From contig JBNGIO010006317.1 of assembly GCA_049999805.1 (NCBI GenBank), positions 833,534-853,533 of the forward strand: a stretch of DNA of 20,000 nt, given 5' to 3'. The notes under the pieces are model-generated. The model saw nothing but the letters and a program-made list of their open reading frames with translations. It did no database searches and was not told where the DNA came from. How positions within the stretch are numbered: position 1 is the first letter of the stretch; every line of letters begins with the position of its first letter. The stretch is from Folioceros fuciformis. Taxonomy: Eukaryota. The position numbers and the translations under genes were made by a program. This document shows, one piece after another, positions 9,787 through 20,000 of this stretch.

Positions 9787-12659
9787 TTAGCTCAAATATT
9801 GAGACAAATTCCACACCTTGGAAGCCCCGTTCACCAGTTTGGAAGGGTCTGTTGAGGGGTAGAAAGTCATGCAGATAGGAGGATCGATTTTGCTTAAAGC
9901 CAAGATAGCAGACGGCACTGTCCATACTCCATCTCCACAAATCAAGCCAGACGCCACAGCGGGGGAATGCACCTCCATTTCCTCTCTATCCATCCACTCC
10001 CATATGAGCATGATCAATGATCCGACACACATGTCGATCGCAAAATAACCCCCTATATAGAATGGTATTGCCATAGCCATGGAGATGGGGATGAAGCGCG
10101 AATACTTAGAGGGAGTTAAATCTCGGATCAGATCAAGCACAATTGCCAAGACAAAGACTCCATAGCACAGCTCCAGACAGTAACGCGGAAGAGCAGAAAA
10201 ACCCTCCACTCCGATAATACCCATGGCCCTATATATGATGGCGTATGGAGCTTTGTATTCCCCTTCCTGATTTTCCACGTCAAAAGCCGTCCAGAACATC
10301 CAGAAGCAGAGGGGCGCAATAATACATCCAAGGGCTGTACCGATAAGCTGGCTGACAAACATGGAGCGAGGAGAGGACAGAGTCAAGTAGCCTGTCCTGA
10401 AGTCCTGCATGAGATCAGAAGCTGTGCATATTATCGACATCATGACTCCACAAGCCACCAATCCTGCTATCACACCTCCGTTGCTTCCAGCCCATGCGGC
10501 AAAGATGAAGATGGCCAACTTGCCGTAATTTGAAGCAAGGCTCCAGTCCGTCAGACCAGCTCCGTATGAGTTACAGAAGGCGAGAACTGGAGCAACGATA
10601 TACGAAATCAGAACATAGTACCATTTCACTGCTGGAAACATCTGCGGCAGCAGGGAAATGGAGAAGGCGGCAAAGAGGACATAAAGAACCCCAGCCAGCC
10701 AGAAGGGTATGCCCTCTCTGAGAAAGATCCTGTTCCGTGCAGTTTCTTCGGCACCCACTGCATCCTCTGCAGCTGTACAAAAGTAAAAACGTACGTAAGG
10801 GAATCAGGCGAGTTTCGCGAAGCCAGAAACATATTCCAAAGCAAGACTTGCATGAGCTACCTGTGACTGCTGCAAGCGTTTGCTGATCCCTATACTGCTG
10901 GTATGACGATCGGACGGAAATATACACAATCTTGATAACATTATAAAATCCATCACCAAGGATGAGGGCAATGGCCACAAACACCTGCCAGCCACTCCGA
11001 GCAACGGGTTCAGCATCTCATTGCGAGAACTACAGTCTCATGTAGACTGTGAACAGGAGCTTGTATTGAGAAAGATATCCCACCTTGTAGCCATATAGGC
11101 CTTTGAAGTCATTTGATCCAAGACCAGCCGGGAACCAATTTCCCTCCTGTTTGCTGATCATAGGCCACAATATGCCCCATGAAATAAATGCTCCCAGAAG
11201 CACCGAGAAGTTTACAATGTGAGGACAGATCATGCCTGTTCCAACATAAGCTAGACTAAAATCAAAATAGAACCTGAAAGAGGCAAGGCAGTCCGATCAA
11301 TATGGATTCTAAGGTCAGTACATCCACCGATAACGTTGAACAGATACGTCAATGCATGTCGAGCTGCAAAACCATCGAAGAGTAGACCTGTTCTGGAAGG
11401 CCCGGAGGCCAAAGGTGGGAAAGTTCTCAAACCCGCACTCTCCCCCTGCTCCACTGAAGAACCACTTGAAAAGGCTCCAGAGGAAACTGATGCTGAAGTA
11501 CTTGGTGAGAGAATTCACTTGCTGCCTGCCATGATCAGATTGGAGATCAGAGATGTCCACGGCAAACGAAAGAGCCGGCACAGCGGCTGAAGGACAAAAA
11601 AGTACTCACTTTGCAACATGGGCGCCTGTGGGAGTGTGAAAACTGTTAATCAGCACAGCTGTTGCCGTACCACTCGGATAAACGAGCTTGTATTTCAGGA
11701 TCATAACCTGCACCCAAGACACCATTGAAACTGGTTAGCACCAGCCGACAGCAAAGATACAAAAAAACACTGGAACGAAATTCGATGGAGCCACTACCTT
11801 GCGGAGGGGCACCAGGACAGCGATCCCAATGAAGCTGACGAGGAATAGAAAAGATATAATCCAACCAAGCGACAGGTTCTTCACGTCCTCTATCTTGTTT
11901 CCCGGGTAGTCAGCGCCGATATTATCGTACGTCTTCTTGTCCAAGGAAAGAAGATACGTCCCGAAGCCGCCTGTTCATGAGCTAGTACATGAGCCAAACA
12001 TCGACCCTAACACAGGTGGGTACGTAGCAGAGTGTTCAACGCAAGTAAGACGGAACGGACTACAAGGAATGCCACCATTAACTACCGAAACCAGCCAAGA
12101 GCCAATCAAGACCATCCTTCCAGAGCGGAATGTAAACGCCGATGCACGAGACACCTTACCACTGAAAGCAATGCCGTAGCACGACACAACGGCCGTCTGA
12201 ATGACAGTATTTTCCTGCCGCGTAAAAGGCCGGGACCAGAATCCCAGCTTGGACAGTCCTAAAGTCCATGTCTTCACCAGGAAGAAGCCGAGCAGGCCTG
12301 CAGCCACGTTGAGCGACGGAATGACCCCTACCGTGAGCGAGAGCTTGAGAGTGATGATACAGAAGACTGCTCCCAACACCACGCTCACTACCAGCCCCCG
12401 CACCGTGATCTGCTCCCACCAAGGAGGTATTTCCTCGTTCGCGAACGGATCCTCATCTCGATCCTGTCACACGCCACGCCACAGTCAGATACAACGCCAT
12501 CTCCTCACAAACGCAACTCCACGATCAGAATATTTTCTCCTTCTGCCCTCTCCGTCGCTTTCATCTCCTCACCTCCACTTTGTCCAGCAACCTCTTCGAC
12601 AGCGCGCCATCCTCGGCCGGCAAGATCGCAACATCCTCGTGCACGTAGCCGCCCGCCAT
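9787..12659 (-). CDS. YSL: YELLOW STRIPE-LIKE metal-nicotianamine transporter (OPT family); 8 exons, ~699 aa
   Basis: Exons (minus strand): 12659-12573, 12463-12160, 11970-11798, 11707-11610, 11525-11388, 11273-11084, 10984-10861, 10772-9787. Introns are GT-AG and the frame is open (2100 nt). Motifs: [149 protein letters not shown]. Confidence 0.96.
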
Positions 12660-13261
12660 CACCACGCACGCTCGCTCGTTCGCTCGCTCACCGAAAGCAG
12701 CAAGGGGGAACGTCACCAACCCGCTCCCGCACCTCGCGCACGGGCCAGCTTTCTCTTCCTGCCAGGCCTGAGGCCGCCTATTCTAATTGGCTGCCAGATT
12801 CCGTAGCAGCCTTCACGCCAGGTTCTTCGCCAGGCGCAATCAGCGCTGTGGAAAGGCACCGTGGAGCTGGGAACTTCGGTTCAACAATTACATACAGTAT
12901 GTAAGCTTTCGCCTTTCATTGGCCCTCCACGAATGGAGAGAGTCCACCTGTAGTAATGTTGTAAAAGAAGAGTATGCCTGACACACGAAAAAAGCTTTGT
13001 TTCAGTAGGCAAGAAGGTAACGGTCTGCAGGGAACCTAATTTCGAAGGCAACCTGACTCGCCGAGGGTGAGTGATCTCTGAGGCATCTTGCCTAAAAATC
13101 ACGATCGTTGGGCATGGAGACGGGTATCCTTATTTCTGCTGGAAAATCCGCGCGTTCCGCTCCCCGCATTGCCCGGCAAAGACGCTGGAAGATGCGGCAT
13201 AGGGACCAAAATGGGAGTCGCGGATAGGCGTTACGTTATGCCTTCTGCGACTTCACACCAG

Positions 13262-13930
13262 TTAAGTCTCAGATAGCAGGAACGTTAAGCCGATCGGGCG
13301 AACGACGTCGGCGACGGGCAGAAGCGCGGAAGGCATGGGCCAGAGACCATTCCCACAGATCAGGCCGCAGGCTACGGCAATGGAGTGATCCTCCTTGGCC
13401 TCCCTGTTTAGCAACGCCTACGCGCAGGTGACAACCGAGCCCGGGAGCATGTCGACGCTGATGAGGAGCATGGGACAGCCATGGCCACGGGGACGGAACG
13501 AACGGGGGCCAGAGGCGGGGCCAGGGCACGGAGCAGGAAGAGGAGCATAGAGGCAGAGAAGACGTCCAGGCAGATGAGCATGGAGGCCCTTCACGCCCAG
13601 AATCCCGATGGCGCGGTACATCCCGGCGAAGGGGACCTGGACGGCGCCGCTGGGGTTGCGCACGTCGAAGGCAGTCCAGTGCATCCTGAAGCGGAGGGGC
13701 TCACGGCGGAGCCTAGGGCGGTGCGTACCATGGCGTAAGAACATTGCGCGGAGAGAGGAGAGGGCGAGGTAACCTGTCCTGAAGTCCTTCGTCAACTGGG
13801 AGGCCGAGGACACGGCCGAGAAAATGATCCAGCATGACACCAGCGCCACGACCAGCTCGCCCGGGCGGCGAAGACGAAGAGATCCAGCCTCTCGAGCAAG
13901 ATGATGGAGAAGAAGGCCTCCATCAGCGCG
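13262..13930 (-). pseudogene. YSL: Degenerate YSL paralog (C-terminal half), tandem upstream of the intact YSL gene
   Basis: Pieces are colinear with YSL exon 8: LMEAFFSIILL, RLDLFVFAARA, SQLTKDFRTGYLALSSLRAMF, RTALGSAVSP, MHWTAFDVRNPSG, PFAGMYRAIGILGVKG, FVPSP/AMAVP, VDMLPGSVV, *ALLNREAKEDHSIAVACGLICGNGLWPMPSALL..PIGLTF; TAA at 13262-13264. Lesions: several frameshifts, an internal deletion (the PQMFP..ASNY segment is missing) and TAG at 13418-13420 where the intact gene has Trp. Confidence 0.88.
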
Positions 13931-14612
13931 CGAAGTCACCTGCTCCTCTCTTGGAAGGGCGCAACTCGCATGCTCCTCGTTTCCTTCCTGCTGAAACGTA
14001 TCAACGATGCAACGGTACCTTCCTTCCATGACACACAAATCATGTAGCGTGCGATCAAGCCAGTTCGCCTTCCGCTCCGACCCGCGGGGTTCGGTAGAGT
14101 CTGGCACTGTTGGTTTGTAGACAGCAAGAAGCATTGCGAGAGCGGTAGCCAGAACTACACAATCATCTCTGGGCTGCGGTAGGCCCAGGTTGATCACACA
14201 CAGTTCCCGAAGTGAAAACTTTTTCACATCGAGTAGGGCGGGCTACCAATAGAACTCCCGACATTTCAATGTATCGGGACCAGGGCTACCATCCCCCCAG
14301 TGCAGTCCCATGTCTGCTCTGAGCGTCCACAACGCACCCCTCGCTGGGTTCAGATCGAGCCTCAGACAAGAGTGCGTTAAACTCGCCTATGGTCCGAACT
14401 TCAGCCCGCGAGTGATCGCAGTGAGACTAGAATGTTCCATGACACTGTCAGCCTTAAGCCCTCGAGTAATACACGTCGCTGCAGGGAGCGGAGGCGAAGT
14501 TTGAAGAAGACGAAGCCCCACCGGCTCCCCATGGCTTGCTCCGGTATCGGCACTTCTTAGAAACAGACGAGCAAGGCTGAAGACAAAACACCACTTTCAA
14601 GTTAGTCATCCA
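13931..14612 (-). pseudogene. Possible strongly eroded N-terminal part of the same YSL pseudogene
   Basis: Weak but colinear fragments: VVFC (~14590, cf. AVFC), VPIP..GFVFFK (14553-14500, cf. VIPS..GFFLVK), DVKKFSL (14230, cf. DVKNLSL), QPR/MIV (~14170, cf. PLRKVMI), TALAMLL (14146, cf. TATAVLI). Judged by eye only. Confidence 0.4.
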
Positions 14613-15136
14613 TCTGTCGCTGTAGCCCGTGCCGTAGAGGCTAGAAACGTATGTACTCGTCGCTATCAACAGGCGATCATCACCGAAAGACAACCTTCTC
14701 CAAAAAAAAAGAGGAAAGTCTGGGTGGGTGGGGATGCTCCACTTTGGGATCAAGGGGTCACGCAGGAATTGACTTTCTGCGGTTCACTACTTACTTGATT
14801 AGGTGAGTCTGGACAGTGCAGCACAAGCGGGTGAAGGACAGAATCCCCTTTAACAAACGAAAGACATTGTCAGGATAATGGCCAGACCAAGCACACACTG
14901 GGCTCAGGCCCCAACCCAGAAAAGAAAAAGGAGCACACACAACACACAACACAGCCACACATGGAAACACTTCCTATAGGAATCAGTCACTGGATATGGT
15001 CAGGTCTAGGACTCTAAATCAGTTAAAAATGGCGAAGACGGATGACCAGTCGTCCCCTGCATTTGGCTCAAAACTACCCACAGCCACTGGAGGACCGCGA
15101 CTTCTGACTGGAAGAAACTTCTCGACGAACGTTTTT

Positions 15137-18100
15137 CTAGACCTCAAACAAGGGACTTGAATCTGGTTGGACCGTAACCGGAAGCTGAAGAGAAAAGGTG
15201 AACCGGGGGGAAGAACGACTATGGGGCCGAGATCAAAGTGTCTCAGATGGTCAATCAATTTTCAATGGATACGTCATACCTTAGAAAATGAAGAGGCGGT
15301 AGAGGGATCTTCGTGTGGCCAATACTCTGCAGTTGTCGAAGGTCTCTTCTCAAGACCTCGCAGCTCCCGAAGCTGTTGAGCTATTTCCTGTAGTACCTTC
15401 ATCTCTCCATTCTCTCTTCTCAGGGAATCAATCGTCTGCCTCATGGACTGACGATCTGCCTCCAGAGATTCTAGTCTGGAAATCAGACAAAGAGCTTCTT
15501 CTTCCATCATCATTCTATAGCTATCCCTGTCCACCATCGATGAGGTGCGCCAGTCTGAAAAACCTGCGGTCACCTGATTCTCAAACTCTTCCCCCTGTTC
15601 CATGCCTGATTCCTCCAGCGAACTGGAGGCTTCAGGCTGACGTCTCTTTACACCCAACTGATCAAGACCTTGCCTCCTATTCTCTCGCTTCTTCTTTGTC
15701 GTCAAACTACTTTGTTCATGATAAGACATCCTAAGAGGATGTGCATCCGGTTTACCAAGACGATCACTAGTCTCGTTCACTACAAAATGTTCCGCTGTTT
15801 CACCCGCCCTTCCATCTACAGTTTCTTGCTCTGGGTCATTTGGCAGGAACCTTAGCTGTTCTGGCTCTGGTCTCCGATCCGTTCCATCCCCCGAAGAAAC
15901 TTCATAGACATCCAGCACTTGAGATTCAGGCACGTTCACAAATGTAGCAGAAGACTCCTCAACATTGTCAGTGAAGCCTGTCTTCAAGTTTATAATGGCC
16001 CCTGTGGCACTGGAGGAGACAATTGGCACTCCACCAGCTGAGAGTTGTGGATCCTTGTACAAATTTAATTCAGTAGGGGCCAGACCAGCCACTTCTTTCT
16101 GCGACCGTTCCTCAATCATCTCTTGGGCTCCAACAGAGTGCACACTTCTGTCCAGGCCTGGAGGGAACCTTCTTTCTGCAAGAAGTTTCTAGTGTTAACA
16201 TCAGGACATGTTATGGGTGCAAAACTCCAACAGCTATCTTATTACTGCTGGGGCACAGAAGCACACAAAAGCTATGACATCCACTCCAAAACAGAGAAAG
16301 TCAGGACAGAGACACTTTGAAAGTCGATCCATTGTTCATGCAAGCAGGAATATCACGCACCTTTGAAAGGCATTACAAGTGACAACCACGTCTTGTGGTT
16401 CTCTATCATCTTATAGAACTTAATAAAATTGTCTATTGCCTTAGTGAGACCGATACACTTCATGGCCAAAAGTCCAAAGACAAGTATCTTCAACCAACGC
16501 TTTGAGTGCTTACGTTGTATCATACCTTTCTCCGCACGTTCCGCTTCTTCATCCTTTTCTACCGGTTGGTCTTTCGGGGACTCTGTTAAACCCTTGGCTA
16601 CTGGTGACCTTCGTGCAACCTGAGGATACGGTTTCCTTCCTAGTTGCCCTTCAAGTTTTCGGACATACTCCAACACTGACAGTCTGTTTTCCTCTAAAAC
16701 CAAATTTCGGGCAGTTTCAACATCCCTGGCCGCCTGTTGACCAGAGGAGCCTTCCGCAAAAGATTCGATCCTTGACATTCTAGCACGCTCATCTTCCAGA
16801 ATGGTAAGAGCTGCAGACGATTTCAGGGCATTCAAAAGCCTTTCTCGGCTGTTGGCAAGATCGCTTGTCTTTCGTTGTTCTGAACCCAGTCTAGGGTCCA
16901 CACTCTGAACATTCGAGATCACACGATCGGCCTCAGGCCGGGCTGACTCAAACAGCTCTAACAAATTCCTCCCATCGTGTTCAGAGAGGGACTCGCCAAG
17001 TTCACGATTCCGCGCCTCTTCCTCATGTGCATCAAACTTGGAATCCGTTCTTACAGGCACTGACGCAAAGTCTGACACCTGTTCTGCTCCAGTCCCATCT
17101 GCAACATTATTTCCGCCACTCCTGCTTTCAGTTTCCGAGGAAGAGCGGTCTTCGTCTCTTCCAAAAAGTCCCGCATTCGTTGAGTTCCTTTCCGATGATA
17201 GCTCCTGCCCAGTTGCCCACTTCTCGCCTAGAAGTCTTCTCCTGTAGATACTAACCTCGTCCTCTAATGCTGATAGCTCCTGCTCCCTTTTCATCACGAG
17301 TTCCCTCAGGATAGAGATCTCCTGTTGATCATATCGCGACCTCTCTTCCGCCATCCGTTCGTACTGACGAGCTTCCATTTGGACTACCGCCTTCTCTTCT
17401 TGCAGCCTCGCTATCATCGCCATTGCTTCGCTGGCCGCAGTTGCAGATGCATTTCGCTCCTCCTCCAGTTCCATGTACAGTACAGACAAAGCATCTCTAT
17501 CCAGAGGCAACGAATCTCTGCAAGCCACCTCCTTACCATCAGGATCCAACTCCCACAAACGACGGTCAGAGTCCTGGTCCGAGGCATCTCCGACGCTTCC
17601 TTTTCTACTGAACAAACTGAAACCAACGCTACCAGAGTCTAATTCACACACGGCATTGCCGTGAAAAGCATTGCCTTGCCCCTCGGCAGCCAAACAATCC
17701 ATACTCCTTCCGCTCGCCGCGTGGCTCTCTTGCTCCACAGGGGCAGCACCACCCTGGGTGGCATCACACAAACGGTTGCTTGCGGAGGTGGCGTCCGTCC
17801 CAGCCCTCAGTCTCTCTACCAAATCCCTAGAGAACTTCCGCTTCACGGACCGAATGTCGCCTGCCCCTGCGCTCAGAACGGGCAAATTGCAGAGCGGGCA
17901 GACCACAACAGTGCTGCCAATTTTGTTCTTAGATGCGCAGGAGGACTTCATAGTGCTCACTACGACTTCATCCATCACGTCCGCCTGCTCCCCACCCAAT
18001 TGCCTGCTCCTGCAGCTCCACCCATCAAACCCAGGATCCCCAACCTGCCTTCCCTCACGCTCAACAGGCGCAAAGCTTTGCTGCACTGCAATCCTCCTCT

Positions 18101-18506
18101 CCGGATTCTCACCCTCATGCAGCTCCGGATTATCCCCCTTCCTGCAAGCGCAGATGAGCACAGACAGCGCGCATCCTTCACACAGACTACTCATCCCCAG
18201 GGCGAAACGCGCCAAGCAGTTCCTCAGCTGCGCGACCTGATTCGCATGATGCTCGCACAAGAGCGGCTCCGATTCCGGTATCGGGTCCGCCTTGTCCTCG
18301 ACGGACTTGCCGAGGGGCCGGCCTCCCCCGAACGAGGGGAGCAGCTGGAGGTTAAAAGCCCGACCGAACGTCAGACTGACGAAATACAGGAGACTGGTAA
18401 CAAGGATCAGCACAGCCAACACAAGCTCAAGAAATGCATTAACCAAGGCAGACGATGCCCACAGATCCTGCCCGCGTATCACCTTATCAACTCTCCTGCA
18501 TGCCAT
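15137..18506 (-). CDS. Myosin-binding protein (MyoB; DUF593/zein-binding/GTD-binding domain); 3 exons, ~970-1000 aa
   Basis: Exon 1 18506-16526 (donor G|GTATGA), exon 2 16175-15280 (acceptor TTGCAG, donor AAG|GTATGA), exon 3 probably 15184-15137 (alternative 15162-15019). N-terminal hydrophobic segment ALVNAFLELVLAVLILVTSLLYF followed by LLCEHH. DUF593 core LYMELEEERNASATAASEAMAMIARLQEEKAVVQMEARQYERMAEE..DQQEI..LVMKREQE..LEDEVSIYR. C-terminal motif RLESLEADRQSMRQTIDSLR..LQEIAQQL. Confidence 0.9.
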
Positions 18507-19430
18507 CTAGCACCGGGCGGGATGGGGAGGGGGTGGCGAGAGCGGGGGCGGGGGCGAGGGCGGGAGCAAGGCGACGCGAAAACACACGCATGCAAGAACA
18601 ACAACATATCTCGATTCTACTGTCCCGACGACCACGACGCTTGCGCACGCGGCCGCATACTACCTCTGCGCCCCCCGTACCTGCCCTCTCGAGAAGCAAA
18701 ATACAACTCTACCGTCACGCCCCGAAGTCCAAAATCGAATCCGAAGAGCAAGCAAATTCAACCGAAAAACTAGCTACAACTGCGAGCAAACCAGCGACGG
18801 GTAAAGGCGGGCTGTCTCCCTGGCAGGCTCCGGAGCGGCCAGGCCGAAGAGCCGGAGTGCCTCGGAACTGACACCTGGCCAGAAGCAGAAGTACACCACG
18901 CTCATGAGAGCAACGAACAACAAATACATGCGGTGAGGTGTCAAGGCACAAGGACATCAGTCAAGATATATCCACCAGCTGCAGCTCCCCAGGCACACAC
19001 AACGTTCCGCAATCCTACGACGAGGAAGAGGCTACTGCAGCACAACTTCGCTCGTCACTCTCCAGCCGGAACTGCTCTACAAAGGCCCCGGCAACCAATT
19101 CACTCGAGAACAGAAGCGCCTCTCCAGCCACAGCACCTCTACAGGAAGCCAGTCCCTTCTACACACCAACAGCTCCAATTCCCGATTCCCAGATCCTCAA
19201 TCAACAAGCCACACATCAAACCCGAGACCAGAAACCAGAGCTCCAGGGATCCACATCCAGGCAGATCCGCAGCCAAGGCACGGAATGCAAAAGCAAATGC
19301 AATCCGAATTAAATCCGAAATGCAGTCTGACATGCAAGAGCAGGGCGAGATGCTAGAGCACAAACCTGGAAAAAACAGAAGAACGTGTGGAACCAGCAGC
19401 AGTAATGCGCCTGAGCAGCAATGACGCTGC
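18507..19430 (-). other. Probable long 5' leader of the MyoB gene with one or two UTR introns
   Basis: On the minus strand, a C-rich tract plus TAG directly precedes the ATG (18507-18509). Candidate donor CAG|GTACGG at ~18680, and a second candidate intron at ~19365-18875 (CAG|GTTTGT ... TTCTGGCCAG). No transcript evidence is available. Confidence 0.3.
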
Positions 19431-19467
19431 AGTACGGCCCTCCGGCAGGACGATCGGACAGTGGAAG

Positions 19468-19500
19468 CGCGGGCCGGCCCGGCCTGGCCCGGCTGGGCTA
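19468..19500. promoter_or_regulatory. GC-rich cluster of GGCCC/GGGCC (site II-like) motifs, candidate MyoB proximal promoter
   Basis: CGCGGGCCGGCCCGGCCTGGCCCGGCTGGGC lies just upstream of the putative leader; site II-like motifs are common in plant proximal promoters. Confidence 0.3.
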
Positions 19501-20000
19501 GCCGCAGTAGTGCGGGCTGGGAGCAGGACGGACGTCACGCTCCAGACTGCTCGCGCTGGCTTTGGGCTGGTGGACCCTAAATCCACATTCCCGACCTGGG
19601 CGCTGGCCAGTAGCCAGTAATTGGCTCCACAGTCGGAAATACTGGAAACGGATCCACGAATGGATGAAACGGGAGGCAACGGCCTCCCGCCCGAATTCGA
19701 AAACCGAGCTGGACGCGACATGCACATCGGCAGGGTTCCGGGAATGGAGCAGAGGCTGCATGCATCAAGAGCCATGGATGGACATGTCACAGGCCGTTCA
19801 ACAGACCGACAAGGGGACGAGGCACATCGAAAGGAGCAGCGGCGGACACGGGACTGCTAACTTTCCAACTTTGACTGGTTCTGAAGGCCATGGCTCTATT
19901 TTGGCTACAGGCCAACCTGTGCCTACCCCCCCACCCACCCACAGGCCATGACTCGGGAGAGGGGTGAAGAAGGTGGGCGGAAATAGACCAGAGGACAGAG

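Noticed and set aside
12201..12806. 201-aa + strand ORF
   Set aside because: Antisense to the GC-rich YSL exons 1-2 and leader; low-complexity R/S/P product.
13124..13133. GTATCCTTAT, resembling a U12 intron donor
   Set aside because: Intergenic, on the strand opposite the flanking genes, with no exon or U12 branch site to pair it with; probably chance.
16353..16525. C-terminal part of the 717-aa ORF (MIQRKHSKRW...)
   Set aside because: Read-through into intron 1 of MyoB. A good donor at 16525 joins in frame to exon 2, which carries the conserved C-terminal motif.
4663..18506. Idea that DLD, YSL and MyoB form a functional gene cluster
   Set aside because: They are ordinary conserved plant genes in unrelated pathways, and nothing in the sequence indicates co-regulation.
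17661..18773. 370-aa + strand ORF (and 189-aa ORF 17671-18240)
   Set aside because: Antisense shadows of the GC-rich MyoB exon 1, with non-ATG starts and no recognisable domain.
18933..19951. Multiple overlapping ORFs of 60-160 aa
   Set aside because: GC-rich leader/promoter sequence; no domain, splice pattern or consistent strand supports a gene.

Overview
Eukaryotic, gene-dense land-plant DNA with short GT-AG introns (mostly 75-190 bp). The style suggests a non-seed plant such as a hornwort, other bryophyte or lycophyte; that is inference only. From left to right: (1) 1-~2928 (-), a decayed, 5'-truncated LINE with APE endonuclease, reverse transcriptase and RNase H domains, whose motifs look like the fungal Tad1 clade rather than plant L1/RTE. 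(2) A 27-bp minisatellite at ~3.2-3.37 kb. (3) An intact 18-exon mitochondrial FAD-linked D-lactate dehydrogenase gene (4663-7972, +). (4) A repeat-rich spacer between convergent genes (8.4-9.8 kb) with a codon-phased composite minisatellite. (5) An intact 8-exon YELLOW STRIPE-LIKE (OPT family) transporter (9787-12659, -). (6) A heavily eroded, GC-richer YSL paralog pseudogene directly upstream (13262-~13930, probably to ~14610). (7) A myosin-binding (MyoB/DUF593) gene (~15137-18506, -) with a long leader and a GC-rich promoter. I found no RNA genes or CRISPR arrays and cannot support a new multi-gene system. The best leads are the fungal-type LINE (candidate horizontal transfer), the YSL pseudogene and the codon-phased minisatellite.
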